A DNA stretch of 64,000 nt, taken from positions 52,216,464-52,280,463 of the forward strand of contig NC_043011.1 of assembly GCF_006345805.1 (NCBI RefSeq), in the 5' to 3' direction. Position numbers and translations under genes: made by a program. Of the stretch, positions 39,915 to 53,550 are shown piece after piece (position 1 is the stretch's first letter; the number at the start of each line of letters is the position of its first letter). Below the pieces are notes generated by a model that did no database searches, was not told the origin of the DNA, and saw only the letters and a list, made by a program, of their open reading frames with translations. The stretch comes from Octopus sinensis. Lineage: Eukaryota.

Positions 39915-41277
39915 ATTCATGTTTTTAACCCTTTAGTATTCAAATTACTCTGTTAAATGTAATGCTTATTTTTTCTCATTATTTTGAATTAATCATGCAT
40001 TATTATCTCACAGCCATGATGTGGCAGGTTATTTTCAGAATTACATTGTAGAGTAGGCATGAGAGGCCAGATCTAACCAGTTTGAACATAACACAAGTAG
40101 AATCTTTGGACTGGATATAATTAGTTTAAATGCTGAAGGTTTAATAATGTAGTTAGATAAGACATGTATACTTCAATACAGTCTTTTATTCTTGTATTGA
40201 TCGAAATACTTTGTCTTGTTGTTATTTAATAATCCTTAGGATGATAAAAGGGATATAAGGAATCATAAACAAGTGATATCAAGGGGTTTTTTTTGTCCAA
40301 TGCTTTTGCCATTCTCATTAAAACACACACACACACACACACATATAATCTCACTGATTAAGGCTGATCATGTGATTGGTGTTGCTGTGGCCAGAGCTTA
40401 CAAAGCTACTGTATTTTGTTGAAGGAAGCAACACATGGTTATTGTCTTCAAAGATAATAATTCACTGAGGCTGATGCCGATATTTTAGAGCCAGTTTCTC
40501 TGTGGGTTGTCATGTTTAAGTAAGTGAAAATATAGAAAAGTTTTTCCAATATGAACTTCTATTGGTGGTGACATATGCACAGTGTTGTTGATCATTGTTA
40601 AAGAGATGCCTTAGATTTCTTCAGGATGTGGAATTTTTCAGTCAAGCAATGTTTACAGTTTCATCCTCCATTACATTAAAGTATGGGTTGGCTCTATGAA
40701 TGACAATCTATGCTATTAAATGTTGTCAGATCTTGGTCTGAGTTGTAACAGAGACATGGGACTTTTCTTGTTTCTTGAATGGAATGAGTGGAAATATTAA
40801 ATATAGCTCTGCCATTGAAGGTGTTCACTGGCAGACCTATAACAATTCCTTTCAGTGCCATACGGAGATGCTAAAGTTGTTTGATATGCAGCTTCTTTAG
40901 AGAAGATGGTCTGAGCTGACATGAAGTCAGCTTTTTGGTTGTGTGTGTATGTGTGTGCTATGGTGGTTGTTTAACCCCAGGTCAAATCTTAATTAGTAGT
41001 TTTATGATCACAGGTATCCCATCCATGGTCATCCCATCCTTCTCTCTATATATCTAAGTCTATGTTGTCAGGTGTGTGTTTGCTTCTTTTAAGGGTGTAA
41101 GTATGAACTGAGGGTTTATAGGCTGCTATTTCAGAGAGCCCAAAATACCACAAGGTATTTAGCAACTTGAAGTTGCTGTAGAAGACATTTGCCCAATGTA
41201 TCATGTAGTAGGATTGAACCAGTAACTCTGTGCTTGATGTGCTCTTGGTGGTTAGTTGTATGTAATGGTTGTGTGTG

Positions 41278-41312
<35 letters not shown>

Positions 41313-41568
41313 TGTATGTGTATGCATACTCGAAGTTAGTGGGTGGGTGAATACACATAAAATGGGGGGATGGGTGTTTATATGCAGTGAAGATCAAGGC
41401 AAATTAGTTTTGTCTTTTATTTCCTCTCCTCACACACACCTTGTATTTTCAAATGCCTTTCCATAATTTCTGTGTAGCTACTGAAATGAGGGGTTAAGTT
41501 GGGGTCACAGTTTAGGGGTCGCTATTGTCTCCAAATCAAGTGAATCACTTTGGTACATATATGTATAT

Positions 41569-41623
<55 letters not shown>

Positions 41624-41703
41624 ATGATCATAAGTGTGACAATGTAGAAAAAACAATGTTAAATGAGTAAGCTGTATTTTATGAGAGATAGTGGGTTTGT
41701 GGA

Positions 41704-41820
41704 GGGTGAGAAAGAGAAAAAGAGAGAGAGGCAGATAGGGTGAGAGAAAGAGAGAGAGAGAGGCAGATAGGGTGAGAGAAAGAGAGAGAGGCAGATAGGG
41801 TGAGAGAAAGAGGGAGAGAG
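41704..41820 (+). repeat. ~30-bp purine-rich minisatellite, about 4 copies
   Basis: GGGTGAGAGAAAGAGAGAGAGGCAGATA repeated with variable (GA)n. Confidence 0.85.
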
Positions 41821-43420
41821 ATATGGAAAGTATGAAGAAGGCAGAGGGGAAAAACAATGGTGGGGGAGAGAGAGGGGTAAGGAAGGAGAGTGGATTGGAG
41901 GGAGGCAAAGGAAAGAAACAAAGGGTTTAAGGGCATCTATTAATCTTGTTGTGTCTGTGTGTCCAGGGTCACAAGGTGGGAGATGCTGGTTGTGTGGTAG
42001 AATTTGAACTCAAAGGAAGATGTATTCACAGTCTATACATGTGTATACACACACTCACACATACATAGATATGTGTGTGTGGTGTGTGTATGTGTCAAGA
42101 GGAGGGAGCCAAGTGTTTTCAGAGAGACCCACCCCTGTAGTGTAACTCTGTAGGAGCTAACAGTGTCATGGTTTCTGGGAAGTGTGGAGGGAGTAAGGAA
42201 GGTGTTTTCCTGATTCCTGTTAATTTACTCTACCCCATGGCCTCTGTCCCCCAACTCCTCTTATCCATTTGTACATACATCAATCATCAGGTAGTTTTAT
42301 ACAACAATTACAACAACTATCTGTGCACTCTACAACCACCTTTTTTTTTTTTTCCCAACAGTAGCTTAATGGAATTGGAGGGTTACTCCATCACTCCTTT
42401 CCTCTTGGTTATGAAAACAGCCTATATATATAAACAACATTCTCCAGAAATACGCTGTTCATATTTTTCACATGGAAAATCGGGCATAAACAATCCAGTG
42501 CAAGCATAGCTATGTAGTTAAGGAGTTTGCTTCCCAACTACAGGGTTTTGGGTTCACTTCCACTAGAAACCCCTTAAGTTAGTGTCATGCGCTACTACAG
42601 CCCTGTGACTGGATTTGGTAGATGGAAACTGAAAAAAGCCCATAGTGTGTATGTCATCATCATCATCATTTAACGTCCACTTTCCATGCTAGCATGGGTT
42701 GGACGATTTGACTGAGGACTGGTGAACCAGATGGCTGCACCATGCTCCAATCTTGATCTGGCAGAGTTTCTACAGTCCTTCCTAATGCCAACCACTCCGA
42801 GAGTGTAGTGGGTGCTCACAATCATAAGGTCATCTGTTCAATTACTGGACTGGATGTCACATCGAATCTTTGAGCAAGGCACTTCCTTCCATGTCGCTCC
42901 AGTTTATTCAACTGAAAATGAGTACCAGTCAACTGGTGCAGTCATCTCTTTCTATCTCCCTCTTCTCTCTCTCTCTCCAGCCGTTACAATCTGAATGTTC
43001 TACTGGGTCAAGGGTGAGATAGCTTTTAAGGGTATTTATGTCTGCTTACAACTACTTACTTAAAATAGTCACCAAAAGCATGGTACAAGCTACAAAGCCG
43101 TACTCTTTCATGTGTGACATGCATACTATATCTCTGTCTGTCTCCCTTCATATATATATAGTGTACTATTCCATGAAGGTAAGATGAACAAAAAAGTACT
43201 CCACCTGGTGAGAGAGAAATATTTAATAAACATAGTATATGTTTTTATGACCTACTGTTAGTTTCATGTGATGAAAGCAGCTCAGACAGCATTTTTTAAC
43301 ATGCCTGGTGCATTAGTGCAAGCCTCAAGCTGCCCAGGGTGCCACTCAGTGGGACTGAACCCGGAACCATGTGGTTGGGAAGCAAGCTTCTTACTACACA
43401 GCCACTCCTTATAAAATGTA

Positions 43421-44292
43421 CAGGGTATGGTGAATATATTGTTGTCTAAATTACGCAAAAATGAAAATAACACTGACAGCTCATTTTAACAAATATATTT
43501 ACCAAAATTGCATAAAAATATCTTGAAATAATAAAGAGTAAATTTATTTTTAAAAATCGCCATTGGCTTCAACCATAGCTTCCAGACAACTTTGGAATTT
43601 CCTGCAACTCTTCTGGACAGTCTCCTTGTTTAAGTTGGTGAATGCTACCATAATCCTTGCCTTCAGTTCATCTTTGGTGTTACAAGGAGTTTTATTGGTT
43701 TCTCACTCAACTGTATCCCACACATGACAATCAAGGGGGTTGCAGTCTGGGGAGTTAGGTAGCCAGATGTTAGGAGTGATGTGGTCGCAGAAATAGTCTG
43801 ACAGCCATGTCAGGGTTCCCCTGCTTGTGTGGCATGGTGCAGTCTTGCCAGACATAGGATCTTCCAGCAGCCACCCTCTTGATCCAAGGCAGCTCTACTT
43901 CTTCCAGGCACTTGATGTAGGCCTCCTTGTTAAGTCTGAGGCCACGTGGGAAGATGAATGGAGGCATAATGTCACCATCACTAGCGATCACTCTAAACAC
44001 CATGATGTTGACTGGATGTTTGATTTTTATCCTTCTCAGTACATGCACTGTCCTCAGATTGAGACCCAAACACTCTGAAATGTTCGTTTTGGAGCTTCCG
44101 GTGCAAATGCCAAGCAGTACAGTATGTCGTTTCCAAATTTATGGCAGTGAATTGCGTCATTGTGCTGTTTTTTTCTCACAGACGGTACCCAACTGACCCT
44201 ACCATACTGTGTAGTCAACAAAATAAAAACAAACAATGTGCATGTGTGAAATTAAAGATATACAATGGCCACAATTTACCCATCAATCCATG
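43421..44292 (-). mobile_element. Internally deleted IS630-Tc1-mariner transposon, maT (DD37D)-like, pseudogenised
   Basis: Minus frames give an HTH (KRHTVLLGI...NISECLGLNLRTV), then KHPVNIMVF...VLPWIKRVAAGRSYVWQD and WLPNSPDCNPLD. TA flanks; weak TIRs (about 17/26). Confidence 0.85.
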
Positions 44293-44911
44293 TATATACA
44301 AGTATATATAAATGTAACTGTATAATATATACATACACAGTATATTTACGTATATATGAAAATTTGCACAGATATACAGATAGACAGACAGACAGCTACA
44401 CATACATAAATGCTTGTGTATGTGTGTGTATGTTTGTATGTGTTAATGTGTACGTGTGTGTAACTATAAATATACAGCACACGTCACCTTACTAAAAAAG
44501 CCCCATTACACACACACACCCACTCCCTGTTTCCCCCCTTTCTATCTGTCTGTCTCTCTCTCTCTGCTGTTAGATCAATTTAATGAGAAAGTCATTTTGA
44601 AACAAATGTTCACACAGAAATAATAAAACTAACAGTGAAGAGAGAGAAACTCTGACAGCTTGTACAAAGCTGGAAATTCATAGGACAGTCATTTGTGTCA
44701 CTTTAAATCACACAACCGCCTTCACCATTGCGTTATGATAGATGCCACAGCTTGGGCTCCTTGTCTGAAAACTGACCTGTTTATGTGTGTGCCATGTTTC
44801 TATCGCCATAAGCAAAGAGTTGCTCCGTTATTATCCTGTCTGCCAATATATAGGAATACATGTGTGTGCATATGTGTGTATGTATGAATGTGGTGCCTTT
44901 GTATGTATATA

Positions 44912-44951
<40 letters not shown>

Positions 44952-45361
44952 TATATATCTCCTTTGAGCTTTTTTGTGGATTAACAATGCTACCAATGGT
45001 TTCATGAGGAAAGAATTTCCACAATTTTCTAGTGATCCACTAAAAAATGTTAGTTACTGCCTTCAATTTGGATGGGACTAAAACTATTGGTAACATTGTT
45101 AATCCAGAAATATAGAATTTTTAACCACCAAATATGGTGTTGAGCTTTCATTCTCACTATTTGATATTATTGTGTGTGTGTGTGTATGTATGTGTATATG
45201 CACACACACACACACACAGACATCATTGCCATCATTACCATCATCATTGTTTTAACATCCACTTTCCCATGGTCAGACATGTTTTCAACAGAATATTAGG
45301 AATGAACAACCTCATTTGAACAACAGTGATACATGTAATTAAAGACACATGTAATTAAACA

Positions 45362-45409
<48 letters not shown>

Positions 45410-46549
45410 ATCATGTGATCGACCAGACTATCAGATGTTGTTATACATTGCTGGTCACAATGCGTTTTGCATCATTTTAGGGAAGCACGTCAGTACATAC
45501 ATACATACATACACACACACATATACACACACAGGTTCATGTATATGTATGATGAGCTTCTTTCAGTTTCTGTCTATCAAATCCACTCATGAAATTTTAA
45601 TCAACCTGAAGTTATAATATAAGACACCTGCCCCAGGTGCTGCACTGTGGGACTGAACACAAACATGCCCATCTATTGGGAAACTAATACTTTGCTTGAA
45701 AACAGGTGAAGATTGGCAACAGGGAGAACATCAACGAATTCTGTCCAACCCATGCATGCATGGAAAAGTCAACATTAAAACGATGATAATATATCTATTT
45801 ATCACATGCACATTCAGTTATCTGTATATGATAGTCTTAATACAGTTGCTGTTTATCACTCACAAGGCATTACTCAACCTACTGCAATAACAATGGTGCT
45901 GTATTGTAGGACTGACCCTAAAACCATGTGGTTGCAAAGGGAATATCTTAACCACAAAGTTATGCCTTTGCACCCCAACACATACATATAGTAGGTGAGT
46001 GGTAGAATTGTTAGTGCTGGCAGAAACGTTAGCACGCCGGGCGAAATGCTTAGCAGTATTTCATCTCTGAGTTCAAATTCCACCAAGGTCGACTTTGCCT
46101 TTTATCCTTTCAGGATCAATAAATTAAGTACCAGTTACACACTGAGGTCGATGCAATCGACTTAATCCCTTTATTTGTCCTTGTTTGTCCCCTCTATGTT
46201 TAGCCTCTTGTGGGCAATAAAGAAATAAGAATTGTTAGTGAATTTTGAAAGTAGGTTATAATCTGAGTTCCAATCACACCCAGAGTCACTTTGACTTTTT
46301 CTTTACTGAAGACAGTTAAAGAAATATTTGGCTGGGTAAAGGAAGGTAATCAACTGTTATACTTTCAAAAGAAGTGACCTAGCATTGTGACAGTATAGTG
46401 ACCGAGAAAAATAATAGAATAAAAGAATGCGTGCGCACGCGCGCACACACACACAGTCATGCACTTACATATAAATGCTTACACTCATGAATGCATTCAT
46501 GTATTAGTGCAAACACATACATGCATTCATACAAGTGTAAGTATATATA

Positions 46550-47129
46550 CAGGATGCATAAGATATTTGAGGACAGATTTATGTTTATAAAAAAACACAT
46601 ATATAATAATAGATAACTTTATTTATCGAAAAATGCTATGAGGATAAAAATAAACCTTCTTTTCTATAATGTTATTCAGTAAAGCCACCTTAAGCTTCAA
46701 CAAATGCTTCTATATGAGATCTAAATCATCTTGAATCAAATGGTCCTGGTTGATTTTGGACATTACTCTGATTATGGCAGCTTTCAAAGAATCTTTGGCG
46801 TTACGGGCATGTTCATTGACCTCTCTTTCTCAACAACGCCCCACATGTAATAGTCCAATGGATTGCTTTGATACTGGTGATACAGTTCCATCTTTAGTCT
46901 CTAGCTCCTTACAAACTTTGTAGATGAAAGACCTGGCAACTTTTAAAAATTGAGATATTTCTAAATCGCTATGCTCAGCTTTTATAACCACAATAACAGC
47001 ATGCCTCTTCATTTCTTGAGTAATCTGAGGGTCTGCCATTATTTTCTGAAACAAAGATTATACAGAGTTAGCTTAAAATGCAGCAATGAACCAAAAAAAG
47101 GTTTGTCCTCAAATACCTTATGCAGCCTG
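46550..47129 (-). mobile_element. Second internally deleted maT-like transposon (580 bp)
   Basis: TIRs CAGGATGCATAAGATATTTGAGGACA vs CAGGCTGCATAAGGTATTTGAGGACA (24/26); TA TSD; HTH MKRHAVIVVIKAEHSDLEISQFLKVARSF fused to NPLDYYMWGVVE. Confidence 0.9.
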
Positions 47130-47318
47130 TATATATATATATATATATAATTGAATAAGGGTAGAAATTGATATTAATCAATTAAAACCAGTGGCCTAGC
47201 ATATTAAAAAAATCCGAAGATTAAAATATTTTTTACATACATTCATGGAAAATAGCAATTTTGACATCTACATCTAGCATATTGACTGTCCACTTTTAGT
47301 GGTCAGTCTTTTAAATTT

Positions 47319-47370
<52 letters not shown>

Positions 47371-47611
47371 AACTGTGAAAATGTGTGTAGCGATAGAATA
47401 AAATATTGATAAACCAGATCCACTCACAAGGCTTTGGTTGACCCAAAGCTATAGATGATGCTGCACGCTGGAATTGAACTCCAAGACCACATATTTGAGA
47501 AGTAAGCTTCTCAATCACCCAACCATAAATGCAGTCTTAACCCTTTAGCATTCAAACCAGCCATATCCAGCCAAAATATTATACCCATTCTGTTTTCAAA
47601 CTGGCCAGGTC

Positions 47612-47752
47612 TATTCTGTTATGTCTGGGGAGAGTCATTTTCTTTTTGTGCCTTATAATATAACACACTCACCGGTAAAATTTCCACTTTTTTTCTTATT
47701 TTTATTTTCCTAAAAATTTTTGTTGCGTCTTGCAACCTTTTCAATAGTCTTG
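47612..47752 (-). mobile_element. Second family F fragment, inserted in a family E MITE (47538-47880)
   Basis: Colinear with 18645-18730 and retains the ~43-bp segment missing from that copy's left arm; its HHR-like core has lost G12. Confidence 0.7.
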
Positions 47753-47885
47753 TCCAGATCTAGTGTCTCACACTAACATTGCTATATCGTTCTAAAAATT
47801 AGCAGTTATCTCATCAAAATCTCAAAGCTATAAAATAATGAATGACTAACTCAAAACAATCTGAATAAATGAGCATTGCTTGTGA

Positions 47886-48220
47886 AGGTGCATGGCTCAG
47901 TGGTTATAGCATCGAGCTTACAATCGTAAGGTTGTGAGCTCGAATCCTGGACCAGGCTGCATGTTGTGTTTTTGAGCAAGACACTTTATTTCACGTTGCT
48001 CCAGTTCACTCAGCTGTAGAAATGAGTTGTGACGCCACATGTGCCAAGCTGTATCAGCCTCTGTCTTTCCCTTGGATAACACTGGTGGCATGGAGAAGGG
48101 AGGCCGGTATGCATGGGCAACTGCTGGTCTTCCATAAACAACCTTGCCCAGACTTGTACCTGGGAGGGTAACTTTCTAGGTGCAATCCCATGGTCTGTGT
48201 CGTGACTGAAGGGGGTCTCA
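47886..48220 (+). mobile_element. tRNA-headed CORE-like SINE (further family)
   Basis: TGGCTCAGTGGTTA...GCTCGAATCC head, TTGAGCAAGACACTTTATTTCAC core; decayed reverse copies near 21190-21390, 30380-30540 and 31135-31300. Confidence 0.7.
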
Positions 48221-48335
48221 AAACTTGTGACAAAATAATGTGGAAGCTGAAGGGTTAATGATGTCAAATGTTATTAACTTCAGTTTTGCAACAGCTAATC
48301 TTTATCATTGTCTTTGTTTTATTTTCTCATTGCAG

Positions 48336-48414
48336 TTGGACCTTCATATACGTTCCGTTTTAAGGTGAAATTCTTTTCTTCAGAACCCAATAATCTCCAT
48401 GAAGAAATTACACG
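48336..48414 (+). CDS. EPB41L5: Next FERM exon (79 bp, phase 1/2): (I)GPSYTFRFKVKFFSSEPNNLHEEITR
   Basis: Pyrimidine tract + TTGCAG acceptor, GTCAGT donor at 48415. A+TT completes Ile across the intron. VKFxSSEPNNLxEE(L/I)TR is typical of EPB41L5/Yurt. Confidence 0.9.
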
Positions 48415-48872
48415 GTCAGTTGCATTTTATTTCTTTATTTGCCCTGATTTGGTTATAATTCTATTGATCATTCTGATATTTTATTCCATGTGGATTTGTT
48501 GGTCTTGACCAACGACGAACTTTTTAAGCACTATGTGTCAAAATTTTAATCCCTTTAATAATCCTGTTATTGGAGAATCACACGATGGCTTGTTTGTTTA
48601 ATATTAGTTTTTTTTTTCTTGCTAGCATTTGTTAGATAATGGGGGAGACTGATTTGAGGCAGTATTTTATGGTTAGATGCCCTTCCTATGGCCAAACTTA
48701 ACTGTTTTACTGCTAGTCTATGAAAGTGTGGAGCAACTTGTCATAGCTTCTTTCCCTGTGTTGATTATATGGTGCCAAGCAAAGAAGTGGAATATCAACA
48801 TTTGCACACGTGTGCATACACACACACACACATATGCATTCATATATACATATACACATTCATACATATATA

Positions 48873-49202
48873 CAAGGGGATACTGAATAGTTCCTGGCTT
48901 TGGGTAAAAGAAAATGCAAGAGGATGAGTTATGATTTCATTCAACATATTTCCCTCTCAGATTTACACACTTATTGCAGTGGTCATTCAGGTTTTCTAAG
49001 CCCTGTGTTGTGTGGACACCCCCAGACAATGAAGTAGGCTAGCCCAATACGTAGATATAGAGGGAGAAGTCTAGACGTCGGGAGTTGAGTAGAGGTCATC
49101 GGAACATGCGATATAACACCCTGTAAAAGAACTCAGAAGATTGGGTCTCCTACCAGACCTTTCGTGATATCCTTAAAGCCAGGAACTTTTAAGACACCTG
49201 TG
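48873..49202 (-). mobile_element. mariner-derived MITE with transposase C-terminal remnant
   Basis: TA flanks; shared TIR core AGTTCCTGGCTTT; minus frame TGLENLNDHCNKCVNLRGKYVE*. Confidence 0.8.
49006..49118. mobile_element. 113-bp insertion with TG...CA ends and 5-bp TSD (solo-LTR/TRIM-like)
   Basis: CCCTG at 49001-49005 and 49119-49123; termini TGTTGT / ATAACA; removing it restores the host MITE. Confidence 0.75.
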
Positions 49203-50157
49203 TATTTTGATTTTAGGTAAACTTAAAGTGGTTGGCATGAGGAAGGGTGTCTAGCCCTAGGAAACAAATCAAAAAAGACACTGGACAATGACAGTCTTCC
49301 AACTCGTCAAATCCTGTCTGTCAAATCATCCAACCCACACTAGTACGAAAGACAAAGGTTAAATGATGATGATGATGATATTCCAAAGAGATTTTTTTTT
49401 TCAGTCCATTATGTGTCAACTAAAAAGCTTGCAGTGTGTCGCTAACAACACATGTATCACAGATTTGCCATTAATGAACTATACCAATTCTATGACCATA
49501 TACTACTCTAAATATAATTTTCCTGTATCCCATGTCCATACCTCTAGTCTGCTCTTATTCTATAACTACCATCCAGTGCCATTACATATCCATACCATCA
49601 CAACCTACCTCTAATGTAACCACCATCCTATATCATCAAATATGTATATTTAGCTACCATCTACCATTATGGATGTTTCCATCTACTGTAGCTACCTTCT
49701 ATTTTCGTTTAGACAGATGTAGGTTTGTAGAATTTTGTTTAAAGACAGACACCTAGAACATTACTACCACAACTATCGCCACATCACAACCACCTCCACT
49801 ATCACCGTCACTTTGATATAAGCCCAATTATCTAAACCAATTAGATATGGTTATGAAATTGAATTTAATTGGACAACTTCCACCTTGCTCCACCATGTTC
49901 TTTCAGATATAATAATATCAACAACAATCACAGCAGCACCACCACCACCACAACTACAACTATTACTACTACTACTTCTACCACCGATAGCAATAATAAT
50001 CCTTTCTACTATAGGCATGAGGTCTGAAATTTTAGGGGAGCAGGATAGTTGATTCCATCAACCCCAGCACTTGACTGGTACCTATTTTATCGACCTTGAA
50101 AGGATGAAATGCAAAGTTGACTTCGACAGAATTTGAACTGTGAATGTAAAAATGGAT

Positions 50158-50495
50158 GGGCCGATAAAATAAGTACCAGTTATGCACTGGAGGTCGATGT
50201 AATTGATTAGACCCTTCCCCTAAGATTTCAGGTCTTGTGCTTATAACAGAAAGGATTATTATAATTATTATTATCATTATTATTGTTAAGGTGGTGAGCT
50301 GGTAGAATTGTTAACATGCCACCAATGATACTGGCATGTTAATAATTCTACCAGCTCACCACCTTAACAATAATAATGATAATAATAATTATAATAATCC
50401 TTTCTGTTATAAGCACAAGACCTGAAATCTTTGGGGAAGGGTCTAATCAATTACATCGACCTCCAGTGCATAACTGGTACTTATTTTATCGGCCC
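50158..50495. repeat. 164-bp inverted duplication with 10-nt spacer, built from SINE A pieces
   Basis: 50158-50321 vs 50332-50495 differ at only two positions. Confidence 0.95.
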
Positions 50496-52237
50496 TGAAA
50501 AGATGAAAGGCAAAGTCGACCTTGGTGGAATTTGAACTCAAAACATAAGGATGGATGAAATGTTGCTAAGCATTGTGCCCTGCATGATAACGATTCTGCC
50601 AGCTTACTGCTTTAATAATAATAATAATAATAATAATTGTTTCACAAGATCAGCAATTTTAGGTGAAGAGACCCCAATGTAGTTGCATGATAAACTGGCA
50701 AAAGTAACAATGTGAAGGTAAAACCAAATGCTTACAGTATTTAAACTTGTCCTTCTGTACAGAGTTCAAATCCCATGGTATTTCATTTTACTCTTTAACT
50801 CCCCAGAATTGGCAAAATACCTTTGATCATGTGTTTGTTTGTCTGCTCAATCAGGGTTGACTTGAGACTAAACAACGACAGTAACAAACAATGGTTTCAA
50901 ACTTTGGCTTTGTCGTAGCAGTTTTGAGGGGAGAGTATTAACCAATATCATTGACTTTAGTACTTGACTGATACTTTATTTCTTGGATCCTGGTGGGCGA
51001 GGGATGAAAGGCAAAGTTGATTCCGGTGGAATTCAAACTCAGAACATAATGAGTCAGGAAAAATTCTACTAGGCATTTTGTCCAATGCTATGATGATTCT
51101 GCTGGCTCACCAGTTTCAGATATAGGCTTAAGTTCATGGTCTTTGAAAAATAATAGTGATTTGCTTGTTTGTTTTACATCTGCCTTGTCTATGCTTGCAT
51201 GGGTTAGATGAACATGTTTCTTAAGATATTGTTTTACAACCAGGTACCCGTCCTGATGCTAACGCTTACTTGATTTTTGAGAGAGGATTAAAATTTTCAC
51301 ATAGCTTTGAAGACATTAAGTGCTTAGCTGATTTCCTGACAGGAAAATCTTACACACTGCACTTTGATGCAAGCAAATGCAGTTGTAATCAAACACACAC
51401 ATACACACTTGCATACACATACATAAATACATACACATCATCATTGTGTTAATGTCCACTTTCCCATGCTTGTATGGATCTTGCGGAATTCATTGAGACA
51501 AATTTTCTATGAATGCATGCCCTTCCTGTCACCATCCTTCATCTGTTTCCAAGCTTGGTAATATTTCCCCATGACCAAACATATTTTCTTGGAAGATTGG
51601 AAATAGACACATCTTGTAAGATTGGTGAGGCTCATTTACAATATCACACAACGTCAAAGCAAGAACACACAAACACACACTCGAACACATGCACATATTC
51701 ATATATATATATATATATAATATATACAACAAACTGCTTTCAATTTCTGTTTACTAGATCTGCTTGCTATCGTACAAATCACTTGCTCAAGGTGCTTTGC
51801 AGTGGGACTGAACCCAAAACCATGTGGTTGGGAAGTGAATTTCTCAACCACATAACCATTCCTGTACCTCTAATAAATAATCCTTTCTACTAATGGCACA
51901 AGCCCTGAAGTTTGTGGGAAGGAAAGTAGTCAATTACATCAACCCCAGTCTTTCACTGGTATTTAATTCATTGACCCCTGAAAAGACGAAAAGTGAAATT
52001 GACCTCGGCAGGATTTGAACTCAGAATGTAAGGATGGATGAAATGTTGCTAAGCATATATATATGCCCAGCATGCTAACGATTCTCCCAGCTTGCACCCT
52101 TGCACCTATAATAAATAATAATAATAACAATAATTAATAACTCAAACCATGAATAATAAAGATAACAATGAAGCTATTTTTCTGTTCTATGCTTCATTCT
52201 ATGAGCAAGTGTGTGTCACAAACTACAAGATTTATCA

Positions 52238-52268
<31 letters not shown>

Positions 52269-53051
52269 CTCTCAGTGTTATTATTTTAACATATTTTCAC
52301 CCCTGCTATTTGAATTTTCCCCTTATCAATGTCTTTACGCTCAGCTTCATTCCTCACTCTGTTGAAAGGGAAATATTATATAGGTTAGCACTACCATAGT
52401 TGTGATGAGTGAAAGGAGCCCGCTTCTATCCATCCAGAGAGGTGTAGTAGTGGGTTACAGTGATTGGAGTGAAGCCAAGGAGGCTCCTTATCTTCTGTAC
52501 AACAACAATAATATCAGTAAGGACAACAACAACAACAGCAACAACAACAACGATTGTATCTGGTGTAATTTAGAAGCTGTAGTATATGAGACATTTCATA
52601 ATCTGTTCATGTTTGCCAATGTACCTTGTTTGTACAGGTAGATGTTACATTAGGATGTGGGATAATGTGTAGGATGAAGAGAAGAGAGAACACTGATTGT
52701 AGCAATGAATGAATCTATGTATTTGCATGTAACATCATCATCATCGTTTTAACGTCCACTTTTCCATGCTTGCATGAAGCAGATAGAATTTATTGAGGAA
52801 AATTTTCTCTGACCAGATGCTTTTGCTGTCACCAATCCTCACCTGTTTCCAAGTAATGTTATATTTCCCCATGACCAAACAAGTTTTCACAGAATATTGA
52901 TAATGACTGATACTCATTTACATTTATCACACACCCGTACCTGTACTTGCACTCACTCCCACATGGTTTTAATTCCACATACGCACATACACACATGCAC
53001 TCACAACCCCTCACATGTTATACTCCTGCACTCACTCACACATACATACTT

Positions 53052-53095
<44 letters not shown>

Positions 53096-53096
53096 C

Positions 53097-53550
53097 TATG
53101 TTGAATTATTGAGCAATCTACAGTTACTCTACCCAGATTACAAGTTCAGGCTTATACCTGTAATTACTGGAGCACTGGGATATGTAACACACTGCCTAAA
53201 ACCAAACTTGAGAAATTAGGCTTCTCAAAACCAGAAAGGAGAAAGCAGATTTGAAGACTATATATCCAATCCATCACTGGAACTGGAAAAATCTGTAGAA
53301 CTTTCCAGATGTTTATCATTTAGGTATATATGCACATGTCTAGACATGCAATTATATGCATGAGAGCACACACATAAAACATACTAGTCTGCATATGCAC
53401 TGACTGTAAACACTGCACATATATACACGTACATGGAAAGTTGTTGAATGAAGAAGACTTGGATCTAGGTTAGAAACTGGCACCTTTTCTGTTTGCAAGA
53501 AATCTTGAAATAAAACTGTTTAATGATATACATACATACATACATACATA
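53097..53550 (+). mobile_element. 3' fragment of a restriction-like-endonuclease LINE (R4/NeSL-type) with (TACA)n tail
   Basis: LYPDYKFRLIPVITGALGYV resembles the PxxIGALG motif; a second, shorter copy at 56148-56415 shares the 3' UTR. Confidence 0.6.

Noticed and set aside
52402-52500. Box C/D snoRNA (GTGATGA at 52402)
   Set aside because: No terminal CTGA D box.
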